64,000 bases of DNA, from contig JBJMLU010000130.1 of the NCBI GenBank assembly GCA_045805145.1, forward strand, positions 5,392-69,391, read 5' to 3'. Origin of the DNA: Flavisolibacter sp. (GTDB lineage Bacteria > Bacteroidota > Bacteroidia > Chitinophagales > Chitinophagaceae). The translations under genes were made by a program, and so were the position numbers. Shown piece after piece: positions 49,304 to 58,459 of this stretch (the first letter of the stretch is position 1; the number at the start of each line of letters is the position of its first letter). The notes beneath the pieces are model-generated. The model did not search any database. It was not told where the DNA came from and saw only the letters and a list, made by a program, of their open reading frames with translations.

Positions 49304-50638
49304 TTGTCATCACCCGGATTCAAACGAACACTCAACGCCACCATGCTCTGGGGTCTTGGTGTGGGCTATGTGATCTCGGGGATGTATTTCGGGTGGAACT
49401 TAGGCCTGGAGAAAGGAGGTACATTAGGCTTTGCAATCGCTACTTTCTTCATTGTGCTGATGTATGTGGCCTTTACTTTTAGCTACACGGAGCTGGCCTG
49501 TTCTATTCCAAAGGCAGGTGGTGCTTTTGATTATGCGCACCGTGCATTTGGAAAAAACCTGGGCTTCCTTGCAGGCATGGCCCAGAACATTGAATTTATT
49601 TTTGCTCCCCCAGCAATCGCTTTTGCCATCGGAGCCTATTTCAATTTGTTCTTTCCGCAATTTTCTGTTTTGTCCATCGCCATTTTTGTTTATCTCGTCT
49701 TCACTGCATTAAATATTTATGGAATAAAAGCCGCCGCTTCATTCGAATTGATCATCACCATTCTTGCTGTGTTCGAACTCCTGCTGTTTGCCGGCCTCAC
49801 GCTTCCACATTTTGATGTGGCCAATTTGAAGCACAATGCCTTTCCGCAAAAATGGGTGGGCGTCTTTGCTTCCATTCCTTTTGCCATCTGGTTTTTTCTT
49901 GGCATCGAAGGAGTGGCCAATGTAGCGGAGGAAACCCTCAATCCACAAAAAACCATTCTGCGTGGATTTGGTTCAGCCATTCTTACCCTGGTCGTTCTTT
50001 GTTTTCTTACGTTCGGTGGATCTGTTGGACTTGCTGGCTGGGAAGCCGTAGTGTACAAAGCTGATGGAACAACTTCTGACTCTCCTCTACCACTTGCACT
50101 TTCTCATGTAGTGCCGTCAGGACATTTTTTATACCATCTGCTCATCTCCATTGGACTGTTGGGACTGATAGCATCTTTTCACGGGATCATTCTTGCAGCA
50201 GGAAGATCGAGCTATGAATTTGGACGGGTAAGATGCGCACCACCTATCCTGGGCAGGCTGCATCCGCGATTTCAAACACCGGCAGCTGCCCTTGTATGCA
50301 ATATGTTTATTGGAATTCTGGCCCTGCTCAGTGGTAAAACTTCAGAGATCATTACCATTTCTGTTTTCGGCGCGCTTACGCTCTATATTCTTTCCATGTT
50401 TGCACTATTGCGACTGCGAAAAAAAGAACCTTCGCTTCAAAGGCCCTTCAAGGTTCCCATGTATCCGCTATCTCCCCTGGTTGCACTGATCATTGCTTTG
50501 GTCTCCTTTGTTGCGATGACGATTTATAACCTGGAGCTTGCCCTCATTTATGCCGCTTTGTTGCTTGGATCGTTTTTCATTTTTAAATTGATAGACAGGA
50601 ACAATGCCATCGATCACCATCAAACAAGCCTTCCATGA
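49304..50638 (+). CDS. eat: Ethanolamine permease-like APC transporter
   Basis: LWGLGVGYVISGMYFGWNLG, ELACSIPKAGG, WFFLGIEGVAN.AEE, about 12 TM segments. TTG start. Confidence 0.8.
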   Translation: MSSPGFKRTLNATMLWGLGVGYVISGMYFGWNLGLEKGGTLGFAIATFFIVLMYVAFTFSYTELACSIPKAGGAFDYAHRAFGKNLGFLAGMAQNIEFIFAPPAIAFAIGAYFNLFFPQFSVLSIAIFVYLVFTALNIYGIKAAASFELIITILAVFELLLFAGLTLPHFDVANLKHNAFPQKWVGVFASIPFAIWFFLGIEGVANVAEETLNPQKTILRGFGSAILTLVVLCFLTFGGSVGLAGWEAVVYKADGTTSDSPLPLALSHVVPSGHFLYHLLISIGLLGLIASFHGIILAAGRSSYEFGRVRCAPPILGRLHPRFQTPAAALVCNMFIGILALLSGKTSEIITISVFGALTLYILSMFALLRLRKKEPSLQRPFKVPMYPLSPLVALIIALVSFVAMTIYNLELALIYAALLLGSFFIFKLIDRNNAIDHHQTSLP

Positions 50639-51993
50639 ACACGGATGAAATCATTCAGTATGTCAACGACCATCCTTCCGGAAAAGTGAAGATCGCCTAC
50701 AGCGATGTGGATGGAATACTCCGGGGAAAATATATTGCGCGGGAAAAATTTCTTTCTGCAGTAGAAGGCAATACCAGCTTTTGTGATGTGATCTTTGGAT
50801 GGGACGCAGCAGACCTTGTATACGATAACAGCAAATTTACCGGATGGCATACAGGCTATCCTGATGCTCCTGCAAGAATTGATCTTTCTACTTTCCGGAA
50901 AATTCCGTGGGAAAACAATCTTCCTTTTTTTCTAGGCGAACTGTTGGATGAAAAAGGAGGGCCTTGCGAAATTTGCCCGAGACAACTCCTGAAAAAATTG
51001 ATGCGCACAGCAGATGAAATGGGGTTCACGCCTGTGTTCTCTCAGGAATTTGAATGGTACAATTTTGCAGAGACACCACAAACTGCAAACGAAAAACAAT
51101 TCAGGAACCTGGTTCCGCTCACACCTGGCATGTTTGGATATTCCATTCTTCGCAGCACATTAAAGAATGATTTTTTCTCTGACCTCTTTGAACTCCTCAA
51201 AAATTTTGGCGTTCCCCTCGAAGGACTGCATACCGAAACCGGTCCCGGTACCTATGAAGCAGCCATCATGTATGCCACGCTTCCCGAAGCCTCAGACCGT
51301 GCGATATTGTTCAAGACCGCAGTAAAAGAAATTGCTTACCGTCATGGCATCATGGCCAGCTTCATGGCGAAGATCAGCGAAAATCTTCCAGGTTGCGGTG
51401 GACATATTCATCAAAGCCTTTGGAATAAAGAAGCCGACACCAATTTGTTTTACTCGGAAAAAGATGCGATGAAAATGAGTGAGCTGATGAAGCAATATAT
51501 CGCTGGTCAACTCTATTGTCTTCCTCAAATCCTTCCCATGTTTGCCCCAACCATCAATAGTTATAAACGTTTGGTGGAAGGAGCCTGGGCGCCTACGACG
51601 CTCACCTGGGGTATTGACAACCGCACCGTTGCCCTTCGCGTGTTGAACAACAGTAAAAAAACCTGCAGGCTGGAAACGAGGGTCGTGGGTGCAGATGTCA
51701 ATCCTTACCTGGCCATGGCTGCAGCACTCGGAGCCGGACTTTATGGTATTCGTCACAAGCTGGAATTGAAGCAACCCACAACTAAGGGCAATGGCTATCT
51801 TGATTTTTCCAATGGCCAACTGCCGCGCACACTCGAGGAGGCCACACAGATGATGAAATCATCAGCAGTAGCAAAAGAAATATTTGGAGCAGGATTTACT
51901 GAACACTTCACGCTCACCCGCGAATGGGAATGGAAGCAACACCTAAAAGCCGTTACGGACTGGGAATACCGCAGGTACTTCGAAATTATCTAG
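50635..51993 (+). CDS. Glutamine synthetase-like (gamma-glutamylating) enzyme
   Basis: DVDGILRGK, HTETGPGTYE, PGCGGHIHQSL, NSYKRLV..WAPT..WGIDNRT..RLETRV.GAD.NPYL. Confidence 0.9.
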   Translation: MNTDEIIQYVNDHPSGKVKIAYSDVDGILRGKYIAREKFLSAVEGNTSFCDVIFGWDAADLVYDNSKFTGWHTGYPDAPARIDLSTFRKIPWENNLPFFLGELLDEKGGPCEICPRQLLKKLMRTADEMGFTPVFSQEFEWYNFAETPQTANEKQFRNLVPLTPGMFGYSILRSTLKNDFFSDLFELLKNFGVPLEGLHTETGPGTYEAAIMYATLPEASDRAILFKTAVKEIAYRHGIMASFMAKISENLPGCGGHIHQSLWNKEADTNLFYSEKDAMKMSELMKQYIAGQLYCLPQILPMFAPTINSYKRLVEGAWAPTTLTWGIDNRTVALRVLNNSKKTCRLETRVVGADVNPYLAMAAALGAGLYGIRHKLELKQPTTKGNGYLDFSNGQLPRTLEEATQMMKSSAVAKEIFGAGFTEHFTLTREWEWKQHLKAVTDWEYRRYFEII

Positions 51994-52029
51994 GAGGTTT
52001 CAGGCAAAGGCGTTCCGCCCGCTGGAGTG

Positions 52030-52660
52030 GTTTCACGCAAAGACGCAAAGATTTGAAGGCGCAAAGGGATTTTTTAAATGTAGAGGGTAGGGTTTTTTTA
52101 ATGCAAGGAGAGAGTCTTTTAAATGTAAAGAGAGAGTTTTTTAAATGTAAAGAGAGAGTTTTTTAAACGCAAAGGACGCAGGGAGCGCAAGGAGAGAGAC
52201 GCAAAGGTGTTCGCTTCGCTCACGGGTGGTTGATTTTATTCTTTTGATTCGGAGTGTAGTCTTTTTAATTCTGAGTGTACTGCTTATAGTTAATTACTTA
52301 AAGTAGGTTGAATTGATTTTTGGATTCGATCATGTAGTTCATTTGTGAGATGCCCCGCTGAAAGAACCACTACAGCACAAGTGAGTGACATAAGAAAAGC
52401 TGCTGGCAGTACTGCAGCTGATTACATGAACTTCTTAAATATAAAAAAGGATAAATACTATGAGACATTTTAGTCATCTTATCCAGCGCACGCTGGTCGC
52501 CTTCAGAAAATAATTCCCATACCCACCCGTGAGCGAAGTGAACACCTTTGCGTCTCTCTCCTTGCGCTCCCTGCGTCCTTTGCGTTTAAAAAAACTCTCT
52601 CTCCTTACATTTAAAAAAATCCCTTTGCGTCTTTGTCCTCTTTGCGTCTTGGCGTGAAAC
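52030..52660. mobile_element. 631-bp non-coding inverted-repeat element, copy A2
   Basis: Arms 52030-52229 and 52523-52660 start GTTTCACGC. The left arm carries a tandem expansion of a TTTTAAATGTAAAGAGAGAG-type unit. Core is in opposite orientation to A1. Confidence 0.75.
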
Positions 52661-52665
52661 ACAAA

Positions 52666-53550
52666 CTACCCTGCCTCAACGAGCAGCACCTGCCATGCAT
52701 CTTCCACCCTTCCCTGGTCCAGAAGTTTGGCCGCATAACGGTGAAGTTCTTTTTCCATTTCTTCAGGAGTGATCGAAAAATACTGGATGATATTTTTCAG
52801 ATGATCATCATCGAAAGAAGCGCTTATCACCGGTAGCTCGTGTACATTCGCCAATTGTCCGAGCTGGTTACCAGTGAGTATTGTACTGTTGCGAACACTC
52901 AATGGCAGTGCGTCCATTCCAATCCCGAGAAGAGAGTTGGGCTTGGGAACCACAAAAAGATTTTCCTGCGTCACCCTGCAATACCAATCTCCTCCCAGCC
53001 GGGCAACAAGATCAAGTTTGGATTGATCGAATTTTTTTTCAGCATTGAGCAATTCATTATCGATATGAAGCACCAGCACTTCGCAAATCACAAGTTGACC
53101 GGCTCCTCCTTCTTCACCCAATGATTTTATTTCCAGCACCCGGCATTCCATCTTTGCCCTACTTTCTTTTACCATTGGCGGACGAACCCTGCTTGCATCC
53201 TCTTTGGTAAAACCTGCCTTGACAAATTCGTCCACACCTTTGGGATAGCTGCAACTGGCCAGTGAAGTCTGTTGAACCATGTCATAACTCACAATATTGA
53301 TCACGACTTCGGGCACTTCCATGACATTCTCCAGTGTATGCTTGATGGAATTGTTTCGAACACTACGTGCGGGAGAAAAAATAACAACAGGAGGTGAAGT
53401 AGAAAAAATATTGAAAAAGCTAAAGGGACTCAGATTGGCCTTCCCATCTTTATTCACTGTTGAAGCAAAGCAGATGGGTCTCGGCGCCACAACATGCTGC
53501 AAATAGTATTGTTTCTCAGACGCTTTAAGTTCCTGCAGGTTGAAGATCAT
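52666..53550 (-). CDS. Flavin reductase family (DIM6/NTAB) protein
   Basis: VAPRPICFASTV..NLSPFSFFN..KHTLENV..VINIV..RPPMVKES..ECRV..RLGGDWY. Confidence 0.9.
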   Translation of the reverse strand: MIFNLQELKASEKQYYLQHVVAPRPICFASTVNKDGKANLSPFSFFNIFSTSPPVVIFSPARSVRNNSIKHTLENVMEVPEVVINIVSYDMVQQTSLASCSYPKGVDEFVKAGFTKEDASRVRPPMVKESRAKMECRVLEIKSLGEEGGAGQLVICEVLVLHIDNELLNAEKKFDQSKLDLVARLGGDWYCRVTQENLFVVPKPNSLLGIGMDALPLSVRNSTILTGNQLGQLANVHELPVISASFDDDHLKNIIQYFSITPEEMEKELHRYAAKLLDQGRVEDAWQVLLVEAG

Positions 53551-53552
53551 AT

Positions 53553-53990
53553 GGTATTAGGTGGAATTGGGAATTAGGAATTAGGAATTAGGAATTAGGA
53601 ATTAGGAGAGAACGGCTTTCTATGAAATTATCAATCCTATTAAATTTATCAAATCTATCTGTGAAGTCTTTTTTTAGTCCGAAAATCCGTATTTAGAGTT
53701 TGGGAGGAAACTGGTAGTTATGAAATCAACAATCTGTAAAATCCCTGATTGTATGGAATGAAACGTTCGGGCGGGCATATTTAGTCCGTGCAATCCGTGA
53801 TATGAAATAGGAAGAGCGTTGCAATAGCAGACAGGCAAGAATAATCGTTTACCGGAAAAATTAATTCTCTTCAACATCTCTTCTTAAACAGGATTGATAA
53901 TTTCATAGAAAACAGTTCTCTCCAAATTTCCAATTCCCAATTCCAAATTCCACCCAATACCCCCAATACCTCAATACCTTAATACCACCC
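53553..53990. repeat. Palindromic element with GGAATTA heptamer arrays
   Basis: Six heptamers at 53563-53604. Perfect 22-bp inverted repeat at 53617-53638 / 53890-53911. Mirrored CCAATTC/CAATAC arrays at 53925-53990. Confidence 0.85.
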
Positions 53991-54116
53991 TTCCCCGCCA
54001 TTCGCCCAAACCATTAGCCGTTGGTACATTTTCTCCCGGATGCCGTATCAAAGAGGGGGTTATCTTCGTTATACGAAACATTTCGTCAAAAAATAGATCA
54101 ACCTAAAATCAGGAGT

Positions 54117-54827
54117 ATGAGAAAAATCTTTTTTTTATCAGCCATCTTTTTTGCGGGTACACTTGCTGCGCAGGACAAGAAAGAAAGCATTGAAGGCAAC
54201 GGCAAACTTGTGACCCGCGAAGTACCTGTTTCATCATTCGACGCGCTTAAAGCCAGTGGCATCTATGAACTGAAGCTCTCCCAGGGCGACCGCGAATCAG
54301 TGAAAATAGAAGCAGATGAAAACCTTCAGCAATATTTCAATGTCCACAATGAAGGCACTAAGCTGGTCATCGACATGGACAAACTCAAAGACAAGAACCT
54401 GCAAATGCACAATAAGAACCAGATGAAAGTGTATGTTACGTTTAAGAACTTAAAAGAAATGGAGTTGAGCACTGTGGGTAATGTGGCTTCAGAAAAATCC
54501 CTTTCCTTTCAGGACCTGGATCTGAAAAATAAAAGCGTGGGTAATGTAGATCTTCAATTCACTGCCAACAAACTTGACATGAGTAATACCAGTGTGGGTG
54601 ATGTGAAATTGAGTGGCAAGGCACAGAATGCGGTGTTGAAAAATTCTGGTGTAGGCTCCCTGCAGGCCGGAAACTTCGTGGTGCAAACCATGAATATTGA
54701 AAACACCGGTGTAGGCAGCGCCGAAGTAAACGCACAAAAAGACCTGAAAGTAAAAGACTCCTTCCTGGGTAAAGTAAAAAACAAGGGCAATGCGCCTACC
54801 CGAAGAATGAATAAGGTGAGAGTGTAA
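54117..54827 (+). CDS. DUF2807 / head GIN domain protein
   Basis: Signal ending LAA-Q, IEGNGKLVTRE..FDALKASG..VKIEADENL, repeated SVG(N/D)V beta-helix motifs. Start moved to MRKIFF. Confidence 0.88.
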   Translation: MRKIFFLSAIFFAGTLAAQDKKESIEGNGKLVTREVPVSSFDALKASGIYELKLSQGDRESVKIEADENLQQYFNVHNEGTKLVIDMDKLKDKNLQMHNKNQMKVYVTFKNLKEMELSTVGNVASEKSLSFQDLDLKNKSVGNVDLQFTANKLDMSNTSVGDVKLSGKAQNAVLKNSGVGSLQAGNFVVQTMNIENTGVGSAEVNAQKDLKVKDSFLGKVKNKGNAPTRRMNKVRV

Positions 54828-54962
54828 GGCGCGATGATCGTAAAAGGCGGAAGGAATTCAACGCAAAGGCGCCATGACGCGAAGAATATTTTTGGAGGTT
54901 AAAGAAAGTAAGGGCAGAAGGATTGATTGTAATAAAAACTGGAGGAAAGATTCCGGTATGGT

Positions 54963-55349
54963 TCAATAGTTATTCACTTTTCTTTTAAAGCCCTCCTTTA
55001 ACAGCGATACATTAAAATTGATCAAAAAGCCCAGTTGTTTGTTTGCCAATCTCAGGTAAGACAGCAATTGGGCTTCGTGTACTGTAAGCAATACTTCTAC
55101 TGATTTGATCTCAACGATAATTTCATCTTCCACAAGCATATCAATGTAAAAAGATTTTCCTGTATGCTGCCCCTTATAAACCAAAGGCATATGTAGTTGA
55201 TACTTTACTTGAATATTTCTTAATTGAAGTTCTTTCAGTAAAGCATATTCGTAAATAGATTCTAACAGTCCTGGTCCAAGGTATTTATGAACTTCCAGTG
55301 CTGAAAGAAAAATTTGCTTTCCCAAAAATTCACACCTTTCTTTTTCCAT
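54963..55349 (-). CDS. GxxExxY protein (PD-(D/E)XK nuclease-like)
   Basis: VHKYLGPGLLESIYEYAL, IDMLVEDEIIVEIKS, AQLLSYLRL..GFLINF. Confidence 0.93.
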   Translation of the reverse strand: MEKERCEFLGKQIFLSALEVHKYLGPGLLESIYEYALLKELQLRNIQVKYQLHMPLVYKGQHTGKSFYIDMLVEDEIIVEIKSVEVLLTVHEAQLLSYLRLANKQLGFLINFNVSLLKEGFKRKVNNY

Positions 55350-55453
55350 GATTTAAATTCCTTTCTAATCGATCTAGATTATTCTAGTAATCTAGCTCAT
55401 GGAATAAGTCATTCCTTGGTTTTTTTCTATTAAATCCTGGGAAAATTCTCTGG

Positions 55454-55906
55454 CTATTTTGTTGGTTGCTTATACTTAATTCTGGGAAAATTTATAACAT
55501 AGAAAAGGACAAAGACAAGTAGTTGAATTAGGAAAAATAAATAAGGCATCCGACTTGTCGCTACGCTACTATAATTTCTCCAGGCCGTGTATTTTGGGGG
55601 TTGAACCTGAGAATGAGTAGTTAACATGTACCAAGGAAAGAAAAACACAAGGACGACTAAACCACCCAATAAAAAATAAACAATCTTTTGGAGGATAGCG
55701 TTTTTTATAAGATAGGAAAACCGAAATAGGCAACAAAACACCGCCCAGGAAATCAGTTTTGCAATTAATCCTAAGTAAGGATTCATACCAATAACGAACC
55801 AGTGGTGAAACAAACCAGAAGGAATTCCCTGATAGAATAGAAATGTTAGTAGTTCAAACAGGAAAACAATGGCAAAAAAATACCACCAATCTATGATTTG
55901 TCTCAT
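55454..55906 (-). CDS. Hypothetical multi-pass membrane protein
   Basis: About four hydrophobic segments, AT-rich, no family recognised. Confidence 0.62.
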   Translation of the reverse strand: MRQIIDWWYFFAIVFLFELLTFLFYQGIPSGLFHHWFVIGMNPYLGLIAKLISWAVFCCLFRFSYLIKNAILQKIVYFLLGGLVVLVFFFPWYMLTTHSQVQPPKYTAWRNYSSVATSRMPYLFFLIQLLVFVLFYVINFPRIKYKQPTK

Positions 55907-55987
55907 GTATTGTAGTATTCTGTTAGCTCCGCTAATACTCCTAGCGCCCTTGCGCCCTCGCGTTAAATTCCTTGCGCCCCCTCACAT

Positions 55988-56992
55988 TTACTTTTTCCTT
56001 TTAAGCAAACTCCAATCACTCTCCTCACCCACAATGGTATTTGATAAAACGCCCAGCTGGTCGATTTCCAGTTCCACTACATCACCAGGCTTCAACCATT
56101 GTTCGATGAAGTTGGGATCATTGAGTTTTCCGGTTCCATTCAATTCGAGAAAACATCCGGTGCCCACGGTTCCACTTCCAATGACATCTCCCGGATAAAG
56201 ATCTACTCCATAAGAAGCGCGTTCAATGATCTCGGCAAACGTCCAGTCCATATCTGAGAGGTTGCCCTGACTCACTTGCACACCGTTTACTTTGCAGCTC
56301 ATATTCAGGTTCCAGCTCTTTCCAATATGACCAGGTTTGGCATTAACCAAAAATTCTTCAAGTTCCTCCAAGGTCACCAGCCAGGGACCGGTGCTCGTTG
56401 CAAAATCTTTTCCTTTAGCCGGTCCAAGGTTCAACAGCATTTCTTCCATCTGCAATCTTCGGGCGCTGAGGTCATTCATGATCATCAGCCCGCCAATATA
56501 TTCATCGGCTTCCTCTGCCCGGATATTGCGTCCATACTTGCTGATAACGATGGCTGCCTCGAGCTCAAAATCCAGTTTCTCGAGATGATCGGGCATGCAA
56601 TTGATTTCACCCGGGCCTTTAACTCCATGATGGTTGGTAAAATAAAAAACCGGGTACTGATCGAATTCGGGGATCATATCCAGCTTCCGGTTCTTTCTTG
56701 CAGAAGCCACGTGTTGACGGAAGGCGTAAGCATCGCGACAGGAAGTTGGAAAGGGCACAGGAGCCAAGACCTGCACACTATCGTAATCAATACCTTTGTT
56801 CTGTGAAATATTTCCTTCTTCAATCATCATCACACCTCCCAGAGCCATGGGAAGGGAATCCTCCCAATAATTGAGAAACATGCTCATGGTATTGGGCAGA
56901 TCGGGATGGAGGAACTCCATGTCGTATAGTAGTCCGTCTACCAGCACGGCTAGTTGGTCGTGTTCTTCTTTGAGATAGGAAACCAGTTTCAT
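55988..56992 (-). CDS. Fumarylacetoacetate hydrolase family protein
   Basis: RDAYAFRQH, LDFELEAA, IMNDLSARRLQ, KGKDFAT..GPWLVT, GSGTVGTGC. Confidence 0.92.
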   Translation of the reverse strand: MKLVSYLKEEHDQLAVLVDGLLYDMEFLHPDLPNTMSMFLNYWEDSLPMALGGVMMIEEGNISQNKGIDYDSVQVLAPVPFPTSCRDAYAFRQHVASARKNRKLDMIPEFDQYPVFYFTNHHGVKGPGEINCMPDHLEKLDFELEAAIVISKYGRNIRAEEADEYIGGLMIMNDLSARRLQMEEMLLNLGPAKGKDFATSTGPWLVTLEELEEFLVNAKPGHIGKSWNLNMSCKVNGVQVSQGNLSDMDWTFAEIIERASYGVDLYPGDVIGSGTVGTGCFLELNGTGKLNDPNFIEQWLKPGDVVELEIDQLGVLSNTIVGEESDWSLLKRKK

Positions 56993-57082
56993 GTTCTTTG
57001 ATTTGGCGGGGCCAAAGTTAACTCTGATGGTGGCTTGTTTCCTTGCTATTTTGGCTTTTCTCGCCCTGGACTAATCTTTGCC

Positions 57083-57125
57083 GGGGGTAACCTTATAGGT
57101 CTTATAAACCTATAAGGTTACCCCC
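57083..57125. repeat. Perfect 18-bp-stem hairpin between divergent genes
   Basis: GGGGGTAACCTTATAGGT-CTTATAA-ACCTATAAGGTTACCCCC. Confidence 0.85.
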
Positions 57126-57187
57126 CGAAAGAATCATACCAGCCCTAATTAGATTTTAAACCCAGACAGTACTCCTATTTTTGAAAC

Positions 57188-58459
57188 ATGAGATCAGCCT
57201 TTTACATTTCGATCCTGATTTTTTGTATGGCCCCGGGTATCCGCTCCTTTGCTCAGGAAAAAACAGATGGCTGGCTGCAGGACCTGATTTTTAAAAATGC
57301 TTCTCCGCTTTTGAAGAATGTTCTGTTGCATCCCGACAGCTTCCATTATCAATTGATCTATACAAAAATTGAACGCGATAAACACAATCATCCGCATTTT
57401 CAAAATTTTTATTACCGCTATAATCCAAATGACTATTTCAATCCGGCTTCCACTGTAAAAATGCCTCTGGCCTTCCTCGCTCTGGAAAAAATGAACGGAC
57501 TAAAAAACTACGGCATCGACAAATACACACCCATGCTCACCGACAGTGCCTACAGCGGTCAGTCATCTGTGTGGTACGACAGCAGTTCTGTGAATGGACT
57601 TCCTTCGCTTGCACACTATATCAAAAAGATTTTCCTGGTGAGTGACAATGATGCGTACAACCGGCTCTATGAATTCCTCGGACAAAAACAGATCAACGAA
57701 CGTCTCTGGCAAATGGGCTACAGCGATGTGCGCATTACCCGCCGCTTTGTTCCCATGACAGAAGAAGAAAATCGCCACACCAATCCGATACGATTTGTAT
57801 CTAATGGACAATTGCTTTACCAACAGCCACCTGCCTCAAGCGATCTTTCTTTTCATTTTCCTGCTCCCATTCTTGTTGGCCGTGCGCATCTCGATCGGAA
57901 CGACTCGCTGGTGAATAGTCCCATGGACTTTACGACGCATAACAATATTTCTTTGCTCGACCTTCAGCAAATTCTTCAGTCAGCTCTCTTTCCGGAATCT
58001 CTTTCTCCCGAAAAACGATTTCATTTATCCAGTGAAGATGATTCTTTTCTGCTGCGTGTCATGTCGGAGTATCCTTATGAAAGTCTTCATCCGCATTACG
58101 ACACTTCGGAATATTTTCAGAGCTATGCCAAATTTTTCATGTTCAAATCGGGAAGAACAGCTATTCCTTCCTACATCCGCATTTTCAATAAACCCGGATG
58201 GTCGTATGGGTACCTGACGGATGTAGCCTATATCGTAGATTTTAAAAACAAGGTGGAGTTCATGCTCAGTGCAGTGATTTATGTGAACAGTGATGGCGTG
58301 CTGAACGACAATAAATATGAGTACGATGAGATCGGATATCCTTTTTTCAAGGAGGTAGGAAATATTATGTATCAGTATGAACTGGGAAGAAAAAGAAAAT
58401 ATAAACCCGAACTAAGCAGATTTGTTATTGACTATCGTGAAGAGAAGGGAAGAGAGTAA
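57188..58459 (+). CDS. Serine hydrolase, class A beta-lactamase-like fold
   Basis: PASTVK (SxxK), VSDNDAYN (SDN), NKPGW (KxG). Signal peptide. Activity on beta-lactams is not implied. Confidence 0.82.
   Translation: MRSAFYISILIFCMAPGIRSFAQEKTDGWLQDLIFKNASPLLKNVLLHPDSFHYQLIYTKIERDKHNHPHFQNFYYRYNPNDYFNPASTVKMPLAFLALEKMNGLKNYGIDKYTPMLTDSAYSGQSSVWYDSSSVNGLPSLAHYIKKIFLVSDNDAYNRLYEFLGQKQINERLWQMGYSDVRITRRFVPMTEEENRHTNPIRFVSNGQLLYQQPPASSDLSFHFPAPILVGRAHLDRNDSLVNSPMDFTTHNNISLLDLQQILQSALFPESLSPEKRFHLSSEDDSFLLRVMSEYPYESLHPHYDTSEYFQSYAKFFMFKSGRTAIPSYIRIFNKPGWSYGYLTDVAYIVDFKNKVEFMLSAVIYVNSDGVLNDNKYEYDEIGYPFFKEVGNIMYQYELGRKRKYKPELSRFVIDYREEKGRE

Larger units (their letters stand above)
54846..55978. mobile_element. 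Two-gene cassette bounded by degenerate CGCAAAG-family inverted repeats
   Basis: Left GGCGGAAGGAATTCAACGCAAAGGCGCC (from 54846). Reverse complement of the right arm (55938-55978) reads GGCGCAAGGAATTTAACGCGAGGGCGCA. Repeats are short and imperfect. Confidence 0.5.

Noticed and set aside
53563-53604. Tandem repeats as a CRISPR array or telomere-like tract
   Set aside because: Contiguous 7-mers without unique spacers and no cas genes. No repeat-spacer array was seen anywhere in the window.
46346-55978. Classical integron or IS-based composite transposon
   Set aside because: No tyrosine recombinase or transposase gene, no attC-type ends and no target-site duplications were seen.
57188-58459. 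Antibiotic-resistance beta-lactamase call
   Set aside because: SxxK/SDN/KxG fold only. Length and insertions differ from true class A enzymes, so resistance cannot be claimed.
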